A DNA stretch of 63,684 nucleotides, filler included, from Bigelowiella natans CCMP2755 (GCA_000320545.1; 3 parts of 3 records of this genome joined end to end with filler, not necessarily neighbours in it); one strand, 5' to 3'; positions 40,785 through 50,939 are shown, counted from the whole stretch's first letter. Made by a program: numbers and translations. Notes: generated by a model not told the origin, from the sequence alone.

Positions 40785-43331
40785 TTAAAATATTCCACTA
40801 TTATTGAAGAGTGGACTATCAGTTAATTTGTTTATTAATTGATAACCTGGAGTTGTTAGGTCAATACCATTGTTGTTAGCATTAGAAGGATTATTATTAC
40901 CGCCAAATTGTGTAAGGGTTCTACAAGCAAATTCTCCCTGAACCAGACAATCTCTATATTTATTCCAATTTGCTATGTATGGTCTGGTTCCATTTTCCAC
41001 AGGACCTTCTAATCGTATGGATTTATAATCAGGGTTTGTAATTCCATCATCCCCAAAGTTTGAACCTCTTAAGATGAAATCATTAATACGAATTTGAGGA
41101 AAATTATATTCACCTGATAATACTATATCCAATTGAGTTCTTAAAATATCTATTTGGTCTTTCAAGTAATTATTTTGGGTTTCCAATTGCTGTAGTTTGT
41201 TGGATAATAAAACACCATTTTTCATCTTGATTTCTCCATTAAATGTAGTCTCACCACCTATTTTTACATTATTCATATGTGTATCACCTGTAAAGTGAAT
41301 ACCATCACTATTTGATAAAATACGATTCGTATAATCTGCACCTGGTAGGTGAACAAAATCAATGTAGCAGGTGCCAGAAACCATTTCTATTGAAGAAGCA
41401 TTGTTAATGTCTTTTCCTAAATAAATACCATCACTTTGTGGTTGTGTGGTGCTTCTTAAACCATTCACAAAAATTGAACTTGAAAACTGATGTTCATTAG
41501 GGTTAGATGATAAAGTTATTGGATTTAATTTCGTTTCTAACACAGACACTTGTGTCATAAGTTCGGTTGTTTTAGTTTCTATTGTGTTTGTTTTTTCTAA
41601 TATCTTTAATTTTACCTCCCCTATATTATCTATTACCTCTAATTCATTACATAAAATTTGAATATTACCACTATCATCTTTAAATCGCATTTTAGGTGTT
41701 CCTGAATGATTAGATAATTGTAAATCATTATCAACACTGAATATTTTTGGTTCTTTTCCTAATACAGATGAAGAAAACTTTAATACATTGGTTGATAAAA
41801 CACTTGTATTATTAATATTATTAGCATTAATAACCAAACCATTCGTAGCATCATTTGTTATTTTGTTTGACAGATTATAATCGCTTAATGTGGTGAGTTT
41901 CTTCTCAAACTTAGATTTGGTGCTGAAGGTTAATCCATTTATGCTATCGCTTGTAATCCCACTTATCGTTCCAGATGATGTGGAAGGATTAAATATACTT
42001 CCATTCAGGTAGAGGTTGGTGAATTTACCATCTACTCCTTCAATCTCTTTCGCTTTTATCTTGGTATCACTTGCTGATGATAGAATGATAGTAGATGGTA
42101 AGGAGTTTTTATTAATCTGCATGGTTTCATCGTTTAAGGTGTAGGATATGGAAGGACTTTGAGTTGTTGTAAACTCAAGACCTTTGAGATTTTCAATAGT
42201 GTTGTGATTCAAACTAAGATTCCTATTCATATGAACACTTTTAGTATCAACAAATAATGGGGCAGAATTGTTTGTATCGTTAATAAGGTTATCAGCATTC
42301 GTCGTCGTTGTATTATTGGTGGTGGTTGTCAGGTTATTCAAATCAAACGATTTATATGTTCCGTCAGTCTGCTTTTGCGATATAGTTTCAACATTTATGC
42401 TCTTGGTTGTGAGATTATTGGTATTAATTATATTATCACTCTGTAATTTTTTAGAGATGACATCTCCATTTGTTTTTAACTGGATATTTGTAGTGCCTGT
42501 AGTTGCACCTGTTGGTAATTCATTCACAAGAAAGTCCTTGTTTGTGATATTAATGTTGGTAGGATTGATAGTGAAATGGTCTATTTTCGTGCCTATATTA
42601 TTAATATTGGTTGTATTGCTACCAATATTGGTTGTATTATTGCTTATATTAGTGGTATTGTTGCTAATATTAGTTGTGTTTGTTGCTACATCAGTTTTGA
42701 TGGTGTTTATCCCACTTTCATTGGTAGATATTCGGTTAGTATTGGAAGTGATATTGCTTGCATTGGTGTTAGTTCTTGTGCTATTGGACTGAATAGAAAC
42801 ATTATGTCCGTTTATTGAACTCTCGTTGTTAATGATCCTATTGGTATTCTGTATTATTCTATCCCTGTTGTTAGCAATATCATCATCATTGGAAATTCTT
42901 TGAACCAAGTTCTAATTGACTTTGGTCGTGTCATTAGCAATGTTGGTGGTATTCTCACTTATCTTTGTGAGTTGGGTCGCGAGATTGTTACCATCCAGGT
43001 TAATACTTGTGAAATTCGCAGTATCTGCTGTGATAGTCTTCCCAGCATTCAACTGAATGTTCTTGCTAAAGTCTATTCTGTCATTCGTCGTAGTTGTTAT
43101 GCCATCTATTCCTGCTGAAATGTTGTTGTTGTTCGTTGTAAAGTTTTGATTGTTCAAGGCAAGTGAAGCAGATTTGATGTCATCTTCAACCATCATGTTT
43201 TTCACCCCAATCGCATCTTGAACCTGAATTCCTTTTGCTTCTAATGTTCCGTCGTTGTTCACATCCATCATCAATCTGCCATCACTTAATCGTGTAAAAT
43301 GATTTGCCGCACTCACATGTGTGTTTGACAT
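40785..43331 (-). CDS. Fibre/adhesin-like structural protein; two ORFs in the same frame separated by one TAG at 42912-42914
   Basis: NTTNISN-type heptads and Asn/Thr-rich beta segments; ...KVN*NLVQR continues in frame. Confidence 0.65.
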
Positions 43332-43446
43332 GGTTTAGATGAAAAAATGTTGAACACATGTTCATTCCAGATTTCAATTTCAACACCTTCAAGGGTGTTG
43401 AAAGGGTTGAATGTCAACATCAGAATGAACACATGAATGCACGTGA

Positions 43447-44061
43447 TCAAATTTGACTTTGAATGAAATTTCCTGATGCTTCAAATTGAACTCCTGCCTT
43501 GATTCTCACAACTGGATCAGAAGGGTCGGTTTCATCAATTTCTAAATGCTCTTCCAATTTTGCGAGACGAGGTTCTTGATTGTCAAATCTTTGCTGTTCT
43601 GAAACAACCGCATCAGCAATTTTCTGGTCCATGTCATCATCACGAGTTTTCAATTCTCCTTCAATTTGGGTCAATCTGGCACTGTCGTTTGCAACCAATC
43701 CATCTAATCTGGAAATCTCACCATCCACAAAGGCATTTCTTGTGTTGTGAGCATTTTCTGAGGATGATCTCGCACTGGTTTCAGCAGCGAGTTTGCCTTC
43801 AATGTCAGTTTTGTTGTCATCAATTTCTTGCTGCAAATTGGTGATTGCATTTGCAGTGGCAGTGTCAGCATTGTCCATCTGTGTTTGCAATCCTGCTCTT
43901 GCTGTGGCATTGGCAGTCTCGCTGTCATTGCAAGTTGTCATGTGGGCATTCAAAGAATTTGACACAGCAGTCTTCTCTGTGTCAATCCTTGTGATGGTTG
44001 AACCTGTGAGTGCTCCATCAATTGATGCGGCATTTCCAAAATGTGCAGTGGCGGACATCAC
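43447..44061 (-). CDS. Coiled-coil putative structural protein (hypermutated)
   Basis: Ala/Thr/Glu-rich heptads (LAAETSARSSSE); no Tyr; C-terminal SGNFIQ similar to neighbour. Confidence 0.5.
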   Translation of the reverse strand: MMSATAHFGNAASIDGALTGSTITRIDTEKTAVSNSLNAHMTTCNDSETANATARAGLQTQMDNADTATANAITNLQQEIDDNKTDIEGKLAAETSARSSSENAHNTRNAFVDGEISRLDGLVANDSARLTQIEGELKTRDDDMDQKIADAVVSEQQRFDNQEPRLAKLEEHLEIDETDPSDPVVRIKAGVQFEASGNFIQSQI

Positions 44062-44097
44062 ATGACATGGTTTGGAAAATGATCATTTTTGAAGATT

Positions 44098-44448
44098 TCA
44101 TCCCTGCTCCAAGTTGCCTGTGACCTTCAAATCACAAGCGGTCGTTGTGTTCTTGTTCGCATGGTCTGTCTGCAGTGCTTGCAGTGTTTGATTTGTCGCA
44201 TCCAGCACATCCGCTTTGAACGATGCAATGTCGTTCTTTGTCGCATTTGTCTCGCTCTTCATCTCACCCACTTCATTTTGCAGACTTGTGATTTCAGGTG
44301 CTTGCAATTGGTCACTTGCTTTGATTTTGTCACACTCAATGTCATCTGAATCAAAGTCAACATTGCCGACATTGAACTCCACTGCCTTGGTGGTCCCATC
44401 AACATTCAAATGGTTCGCAAAACTCACATTTGTCATGACATGCTGCAC
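44098..44448 (-). CDS. Short coiled-coil putative structural protein (hypermutated)
   Basis: HVMTNVSF..NVDG start and TGNLEQ end parallel the 43447 ORF (HVMSATAHF..SIDG; SGNFIQ). Confidence 0.45.
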   Translation of the reverse strand: MQHVMTNVSFANHLNVDGTTKAVEFNVGNVDFDSDDIECDKIKASDQLQAPEITSLQNEVGEMKSETNATKNDIASFKADVLDATNQTLQALQTDHANKNTTTACDLKVTGNLEQG

Positions 44449-44515
44449 ATTTCATTTGAAAAGAAAAAACATCACGTTTGTTGAGTGATGATCACAATGT
44501 TTTTTTTGATGACAA

Positions 44516-45706
44516 TCAATTCATTTGCACAAGCACACTTTTCTCCACTTCAAAGTGTTCAGGAAGTGTCTCCTCTTTCCATTTCCCAAGTTCATCACTG
44601 ATTTCAAAATGCATTGCTTTGCTTCTTGCTGTCACCAAACTGTCGGTGTGACTGTGCACAACACAGTCTTTGCATTCATTTGTCAAACCAACCACACAGG
44701 TTCTCACATGAGAGGCAAGAAATGGTGCCATTCTGCAGGCATGGCATTCAAAATTCTTCTTTTCTTCTTCAAATTTGGTCAAGGACAATGTCGCACATCC
44801 ATCAGGTCCCATTTTGCATGTGGGGGTTTCATCACTTTCTCGGTCATCAATTTCTGTCACTTGCTTTGTGTTGACCTTTCTTCTCAATTTGGTTTGGAAT
44901 GCACCCCACAGTTTGTTCATTGTCAGTTTCACTGAATCTTGAGATTTTGAATGAGGTGACAATCTGTGAAAGAATTCACCAAAGAGTTTCATGGACTTTG
45001 ATTTCTCTTTGTGATGTGAACAATTGGTGTCCAATGGGTTCAATTTCAATCCTAATTCTTTTGCTTGTTTCAGTTCAAGATGAGTGCAAATGTCATGTTT
45101 GTTGCATTTGAAAAATGCATCATCATCTTTGCTCATTTCAACACAATGCAGACCACAATTGAATTTGCAATGCTCATCAACTTGTTCCTGTGATGTGGTT
45201 CTTGTTTCAGGTGTCCCCAAAGAAACAGTGAAATGATTGCTACGTGGGACGGATGTGCATTTTTTGTTCAAATCCAATTTGATGTAGTCTTTGTTTTGAT
45301 GTTCTCCATCCACACCACATCGCATCCCACCACGACTACTTTCACACACCCATTTTTCTTCCATTTCTGTGGTCGTACCAAACTCTACCTCCTGTGGTCT
45401 GAACTGATTCCAAATGTGCAAACTCATCTCTGCATCATCGTAGTTGCTTCGTTTGTAGTCACAACCTGTGATTGCTTTGAACTGATGAAAATCGTTCATT
45501 TTCTTTTCACATTCTTCAATCACATTGCTGTTCTTGGATGGTTTAAGAACATGCAAATTGTGCCCTTCCAGTGTTTTGCTTCGCAGGATGTTCTCACCAT
45601 CTACAGTTAAATGGCATTCTTTCTCATCTCTGTTGTGATGACAGACACCAAAGGTTTTTCGGTTGCAATTGGTAGCACATCTGTGTTTCTTTTTTTTCGG
45701 CAACAT
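44516..45706 (-). pseudogene. Compact family B DNA polymerase (protein-primed-PolB-related), hypermutated
   Basis: SSRGG, motif A DLNKKC(Y)TS, motif B KLTMNKLWG, RMAPFLAS, motif C VVH(Y)SHTDSL, LGKWKEE; no obvious exonuclease domain. Confidence 0.75.
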
Positions 45707-45757
45707 GCATGTTAACACATGCATGAAAGAGTATTTCTTTGAACACTTTTTCGCACA

Positions 45758-45982
45758 TTGTTTGAAATGAAGGCAAAATCGTAAAGGCATTACGAGTCTT
45801 TCATTGCAATCATTGCAACACCTTCCTTTTTCATGAGGTGATGCATTGTTTCCCCATCCTTCAAGTAAACTATCACACATGCAACAATGACGATCATTCG
45901 GATGTTCAATATCATTTGTCATCACATCATGTTTGCATTTTTTTTTTCCAGATTTACCTGACACATTGTTTTCCATTTTCAT
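45758..45982 (-). pseudogene. Small Cys-rich zinc-binding virus/phage-type protein; stop codon erased
   Basis: CCMCDSLLEGWGNNASP..GRCCNDCNERLVMPLR; CAA at 45758-45760 sits where the paralogous junction has a stop. Confidence 0.6.
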
Positions 45983-46027
45983 GTTGACACACATGAAAGA
46001 GTATTTCTTTGAATGCTTTTTCGCATG

Positions 46028-46414
46028 TCACTTAAAATGATTAATTGGAACGGACTGTGCAAAAAAATCGTCCCCATGAAGGTCTGCACTACCGAAACCT
46101 TCTTGTCTGTTGCTTGGGCAGTGAACACCATCACCGAGTGTTGTCATTCTTCCTGACATTGGCATGTTGCATTGTGAGATGTGAACGACTTGGATTTCTG
46201 TGTTGTCGTTCATTTTCCCTCTGTTTTTCAGTTTGTTCATTTTCCTCGCGATGATTTCATTTGCTGTGGTGGCATCAGGGAGATGCTTTTCACCTTCCTT
46301 TTTGAAGTCACACCTTCTTGTGCACAGGAATTCATTCCTTTTCTTCATGTTTTGTTTTCTTTCCTTTGATTTGTCATCACATGCTTGAAACTTCAATCTG
46401 ACTCCATTACTCAC
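46028..46414 (-). CDS. Hypothetical viral protein (hypermutated)
   Basis: 128-aa ORF co-oriented between helicase and PolB; no Tyr. Confidence 0.4.
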   Translation of the reverse strand: MSNGVRLKFQACDDKSKERKQNMKKRNEFLCTRRCDFKKEGEKHLPDATTANEIIARKMNKLKNRGKMNDNTEIQVVHISQCNMPMSGRMTTLGDGVHCPSNRQEGFGSADLHGDDFFAQSVPINHFK

Positions 46415-46417
46415 ATG

Positions 46418-48331
46418 TCACATGCATGTGAGAGATGAATCTTTGAACATGCACCATGCATTCACGTCTACCTCTTCTTCATCATCTTCTTTCTTCATCA
46501 ATTTCTCAAAGTAGAACTTTCCTCTCACTTCACCAAAAAGAAATTTGTTTGCTAACATTTGCTTTTTGAAGTTGCTTTTAGACACGTGCACAGGAGACCA
46601 ACTTTCAAAGTGTTTGCAAATGTCGTTGTGTGAAATTCCATCTCCAACATCATCAGTTTTTTCGTAGTTCTCTTCAACAAAATTTGAGGTGTGATTGTTG
46701 TCGTTCAAATGATCGTTTGTGAATTTCAATGCCTTTTCAGGAGGGTTTGATTTCTCCACATCTACACGTTCTAACAACAGTTTGATGTGTTCTCCACGAT
46801 GTTCTTTGTTGTTTCTGAACTCATCTTTGAGAGTGCAATCTCTTTTCTTTTCACATTTGTTCTTGGGGTCAGGTTTTTCTTTGAATTGAAAAGGGAATTG
46901 GATGTTCAAGAACCTTCGTTTGACACTGTCATCCACTTTGTCTAGTTTGGGAGCATTGTTGCATGAACAGAAAATGGAAAAATCGGCAAGAAACTCAACA
47001 GGAGTGTCATGCATCTCTCCACAACTTGCTGTGTCATCATCGGCAATTTTTTTGAGAAAACTTGCATTGAAAGACAGTTCTTTGTCGCCTTCATTTTCTT
47101 CAGGTTCATCAACGACAACCAATCGCTCATCCACACGCTTGTGCAAATCACCATTGGGGGCATTTGCTTCACATTTGGTTGTCAGGAACTGAGAAGAAAC
47201 CACATTGCAATGTTTGGAAGTTGCTGCTTGATGAAGAGCAGTTGGCACCCCCTTCCCATTCCCACCGCTTCCCAAAAACGCAATTGACAATCCAAACTTG
47301 TCGCAAAAGAGACTGTTTGCTGATGATTTTGGCAGAAACAGAGCATCTTGTTGTGTTTCTTGCATGCCGAAAATGAAATCCAATGTGTCCTTTCTCACCT
47401 CTTGTTTGATCGGTCTTTTGGGTTCAAGTTTGAATTCAATGTGATTTGAAACAAAGTCTTTCTTTTCTGCATCTCCAAAACTTTTTGTTTCAAGGTCACG
47501 CACACAATCTTTGAACGCTGATGGGTTCTCATTTTTGTCCATTTTGTTCAATGTGTCCTCATCATTGCAGCATTTCATCAGTTTGGCGATGATGTTCTTG
47601 CTGAAGGCATTGCTTCCCACCTTTCTGAAATTCTTTGGGTGTTCTGCTTTGCATTTCTTGTCCTTTCCAATCTTGGCAAACTCCGTTTTCAGGACATGCT
47701 GTGAGCATGTGGAAATTTGGTTGTTCAAAAAGACTGGTGCTTCCTTTTTGCAGGACTTTGTGATGTTGTTCTCATCGCAGAAGAACCAAATCTCATGTTC
47801 CTGATTGCACACGTGAGCATCTTTGTTCAAATCATGAAATGGTTTTGCCCAACATTCGTCGCTGCAAGTGGGCAACACATCGGTGAAAAATCTGCAATCA
47901 ACAGCAATGACAGGTTTCCCATCAAGCACACTGATGCTGTCAACATGGTCCTGGACAGCGGAATTGTCAATGTCATTCATGTGCATGTCACGTTGTGCAT
48001 TTTCATCTTCAAACATGAACGACTGTTTTGGCAAAGCAAGTTCGTGTGAAACACAAGAAAACCATTGAACACAAGTGACACTTTTCTTGGGTCTTTGCAC
48101 GTTTGGATTGAGAAAATCAACCATCAAATCTCTGTCCAAAAGGTGCAGTTTCAAACACATTTGTTTGTGCTTTTCAAACTTTTCCATCTTGTCAAAACTG
48201 TCAATCACTTTGCATTTCTTTCTGCAGTTCAACAGAACTCGCTGAGCATTCAATTTCTTTTTGTTTCTTCGGTAGCATGCTTTCTGGGATTTGCATTTAG
48301 CATTGCCGTTCGTAGCATTTTCATTCTCCAT
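46418..48331 (-). pseudogene. D5-like SF3 helicase (primase-helicase family), hypermutated, probably fused to a small upstream ORF
   Basis: Walker A FLGSGGNGKG, Walker B RLVVVDEPE, FLKKIADDD, motif C SCNNAP, D.SVKRRFLNIQFPFQF. Confidence 0.85.
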
Positions 48332-48375
48332 TTGTTAGCATTACATAACTGTTTTCTTTTTAAATAATTTTCGCA

Positions 48376-48465
48376 CATGCGACTGCCATGTATGTGCGAC
48401 TGCCATGTGCTTACATGCGACTGCTATGTGCTTATATGCGACTGCTATGTATATGCGACTGTTGT
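48376..48465. repeat. Cluster of five (A/G)TGCGACTG-core short repeats
   Basis: catgcgactgccat, tgtgcgactgccat, catgcgactgctat, tatgcgactgctat, tatgcgactgttg; same core at 34628-34900 and 35795-35900. Confidence 0.85.
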
Positions 48466-49215
48466 GTGCGGAAACAAGTGTATTATGTTGTTGGTGAGAG
48501 AGCAACAAGATGTGTATTGTGCTTCCAACTCTTTTTTGAACTTTTGGTAGTAATCTGTTTTACTCTCTTCTTTGTCCAATGGACTTTTGCCCCAAAATTG
48601 TTTATAGGTTTGACTTCTAAAATCATCCAGTGTGACTGCCTTCCACATTCTATTTTTTGACACCTGATACCAATATTTGGTTCCATTGTGTGTAATGTAT
48701 GTGGTAAAGTCAATTTTGTATTGCTTGGCATACCCAAACTCTCTTTTTACAGTGTCCATTAAATCTGTTGTTGCCTTTTTGATGACTTCCTCTTTGACTT
48801 TGGGTGCTAACCACTTCATTGTAGTGTCGCAGTATTCAATGGCATCGTTTAATCGTGTTTTTACTTGCTTGGAATTCGCAACCATAAAACTCCATTGACC
48901 CTCTAAAGCACATTTGGCCTTGTGATATTGGATGCTGTTTTTGTCCATTTTAGAGTTTTTCTCTATCTCCTCTCCATATGCTTTACAAGCTCTTTGGCTC
49001 CATTCATCTAATTTGAGCAAATCGTCTTCATAGTGCTTTTTCAAACCTTTCAAGTTGTTATACCACTTATGGAAACTGTTGGGAGACACTTCTCTAGCAG
49101 TATTTTTTATGTCCATTGGGTTGTAACTTGCCATTTGCTGACTTTGTTGAAGGACATTTAACTGCGGGTTGTAAATCACCCACCTCTGTTTTTTTTGTGT
49201 CATCGCCTTTGTCAT
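48445..49215 (-). CDS. Hypothetical Lys-rich viral protein
   Basis: 256-aa intronless ORF, Tyr retained; 3' end may be extended by stop loss. Confidence 0.55.
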   Translation of the reverse strand: MTKAMTQKKQRWVIYNPQLNVLQQSQQMASYNPMDIKNTAREVSPNSFHKWYNNLKGLKKHYEDDLLKLDEWSQRACKAYGEEIEKNSKMDKNSIQYHKAKCALEGQWSFMVANSKQVKTRLNDAIEYCDTTMKWLAPKVKEEVIKKATTDLMDTVKREFGYAKQYKIDFTTYITHNGTKYWYQVSKNRMWKAVTLDDFRSQTYKQFWGKSPLDKEESKTDYYQKFKKELEAQYTSCCSLTNNIIHLFPHTTVAYT

Positions 49216-49471
49216 TCTATCCCAGTCAGGTTCTCCATCAGGAACATAGGTTAAAAGGAGTGGTCCCTTGTTTTTTACATTGCCATTATCAGCACCACCG
49301 CAAAGTCGCTTGGTGAGGTTTAGAGGAGTGCTGAAAATAAGAAATAATGTTAGTGAACATATTTTCCTCCCATATCAACATTCAACACATTCAACAAAAA
49401 ATAAATTGTAACTAAATAAGTTATTTTATGTTAAGAGGAAAAATGAAAATTGATGTTAAAAGTATGTATCA

Positions 49472-49855
49472 TTACCTTATGTCCTCCTCCTCTGGACGAC
49501 GAGAAGGGAAAGAAGTGTGACTTGTCTCTTCCACATTGACCTTCATTCGCTCAAGCGAAGCACAAAGCTGGTTCAGTTTAGCATCAGCATCCTTTCCCTT
49601 CTTTGTCCTCTTGTCCAGTTCCTTGAGTTCTTTATGAGCTACATCTACCTCCTTGGACATCTGGAAATATTTTCTGAGAGCATTCAATTCCGTCTCCTGT
49701 TGCTCCAACATCTGGTATAACATTTGGTTTTGCTGTAGTAGATATTCTGTGTAGTTGAAGTCCTCATCAACGGAAGCATAAAACTCTTCCCATCTCTTCT
49801 TCATCTTTGCTTCACTGGGAGATGGTGCTTTGTCTCTTCCATTCTGGTCCGCCAT
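49472..49855 (-). CDS. Hypothetical coiled-coil protein
   Basis: MADQNG..LLQQNQMLYQMLEQQETELNALRK; intronless. Confidence 0.5.
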   Translation of the reverse strand: MADQNGRDKAPSPSEAKMKKRWEEFYASVDEDFNYTEYLLQQNQMLYQMLEQQETELNALRKYFQMSKEVDVAHKELKELDKRTKKGKDADAKLNQLCASLERMKVNVEETSHTSFPSRRPEEEDIR

Positions 49856-50113
49856 TCTAAAGTCGTCTCTCACACTTGTTGCTAACTTTCAATTCAAATT
49901 CAAAAATTCATTGTCGCACTCTCAAAATTAGAATCTTTTACCAACATTTTAAATTTAACACAAATTTTGTTAAAAACTTAAAGAAATGGATAATATTTTC
50001 ACTCTGGAGACTCTCCACACCTATGACTAAATCAGGTTCCACACACCCTTGCGAATTGCCAGTGAAGGTTGTGTCTATGTGTAGACTGGTGACATCAAGC
50101 AACAGGAAGGACA

Positions 50114-50839
50114 ATGTCTGTGTCACAATTCTTGGGAAAAGATGATTGGAAAGTGAGTGTTCAAGATGGTGGAACTTACTTGGTTTCTGGGAACCAAACG
50201 AGCAACAAAGACAAGATTGTGAGCGAGAAAGTGAAGCAACTGGAAAATCATCTGAAGGGTTGGAAAGGAAATTTGAAACACGAGTTCAAGAAGCGAGAGG
50301 AAGATATGTCCAAATGTGAGACTCAATTGAGGAAACTGGAGAATGAAATTGAAAAGGGAGACAGCGATGAAGAGGATGATGACGAAGGGTTGGATGGTGA
50401 GTGCGAAGAGCGAGACATAATCCGTGAAATTATGACCCAGCGAGACATTTTGGGAAAACATCGCAAGAAAATCAAGGAAATTACCGACATGTTGGAAGGA
50501 AGGAAAGTTTGTAGCAAATTGAGGGATGCTCGGGAAATTATGAATGGTCAGAAGAGTTTGGAAGTCGATTACAAACTTACGATGGAGCAGTATGCTTTCA
50601 AGCACATAGACACAAAATTTGTGCTGAAATACAAATTCAACGATGGGAAAATATCAGTTGTGTCTCAGTTGAGCGATGAAAGTGTTTTAGTGGAAGGGGT
50701 ATCCTTCACAGGGCACAGTCTTTTCTCCTTGCGAAAGTGTGGGGACAAAGCAACTCTTGTTGCTGTGGCCCAAGCGGAAATTCAGTTGACGGATTCTATT
50801 CAAACTCTGTATGACAAGACCGCTGATGAAATCACACGA
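50114..50839 (+). CDS. Hypothetical coiled-coil protein (runs into gap)
   Basis: >240-codon intronless ORF, charged coiled coil with acidic patch. Confidence 0.5.
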
Positions 50840-50939
50840 NNNNNNNNNNNNNNNNNNNNNNNNNNNNNNNNNNNNNNNNNNNNTTAATTAATTAANNNNN
50901 NNNNNNNNNNNNNNNNNNNNNNNNNNNNNNNNNNNNNNN
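50840..50939. other. Assembly gap with TTAATTAATTAA linker
   Basis: N44-TTAATTAATTAA-N44. Confidence 0.97.

Larger units (their letters stand above)
34628..50839. mobile_element. Endogenous dsDNA viral element (Polinton-like virus/virophage-like, or NCLDV-derived); right end lost in gap, left end approximate
   Basis: Dense, mostly intronless, AT-rich ORFs without host-type microsatellites; PolB, D5/SF3 helicase, PD-(D/E)xK nuclease, fibre proteins; shared intergenic motifs. No capsid, packaging ATPase or integrase recognised. Confidence 0.8.

Noticed and set aside
44516-45994. 492-aa zinc-finger-PolB fusion as a novel protein
   Set aside because: The junction is a repeated intergenic motif with an erased stop.
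36191-48331. Alternative genetic code as the explanation for missing Tyr
   Set aside because: Tyr is replaced by both Cys and His, Leu/Val/Ile codons and non-coding DNA are affected too, and the pattern switches within single ORFs.
36191-48367. Many long overlapping and antisense ORFs (e.g. 36230-36979, 36315-37265, 36604-37620)
   Set aside because: By-product of TpA loss, which removes TAA/TAG in all frames; no protein motifs.
33980-48420. Classical RIP or CpG deamination as the cause
   Set aside because: RIP creates TpA. CpG decay may explain a few changes (HRD->HHD, TGA at 35401) but cannot remove TpA or convert Tyr codons.
48376-48465. CRISPR-like array (also 31636-31733)
   Set aside because: Units are too short, lack unique spacers, no cas genes, eukaryotic context.
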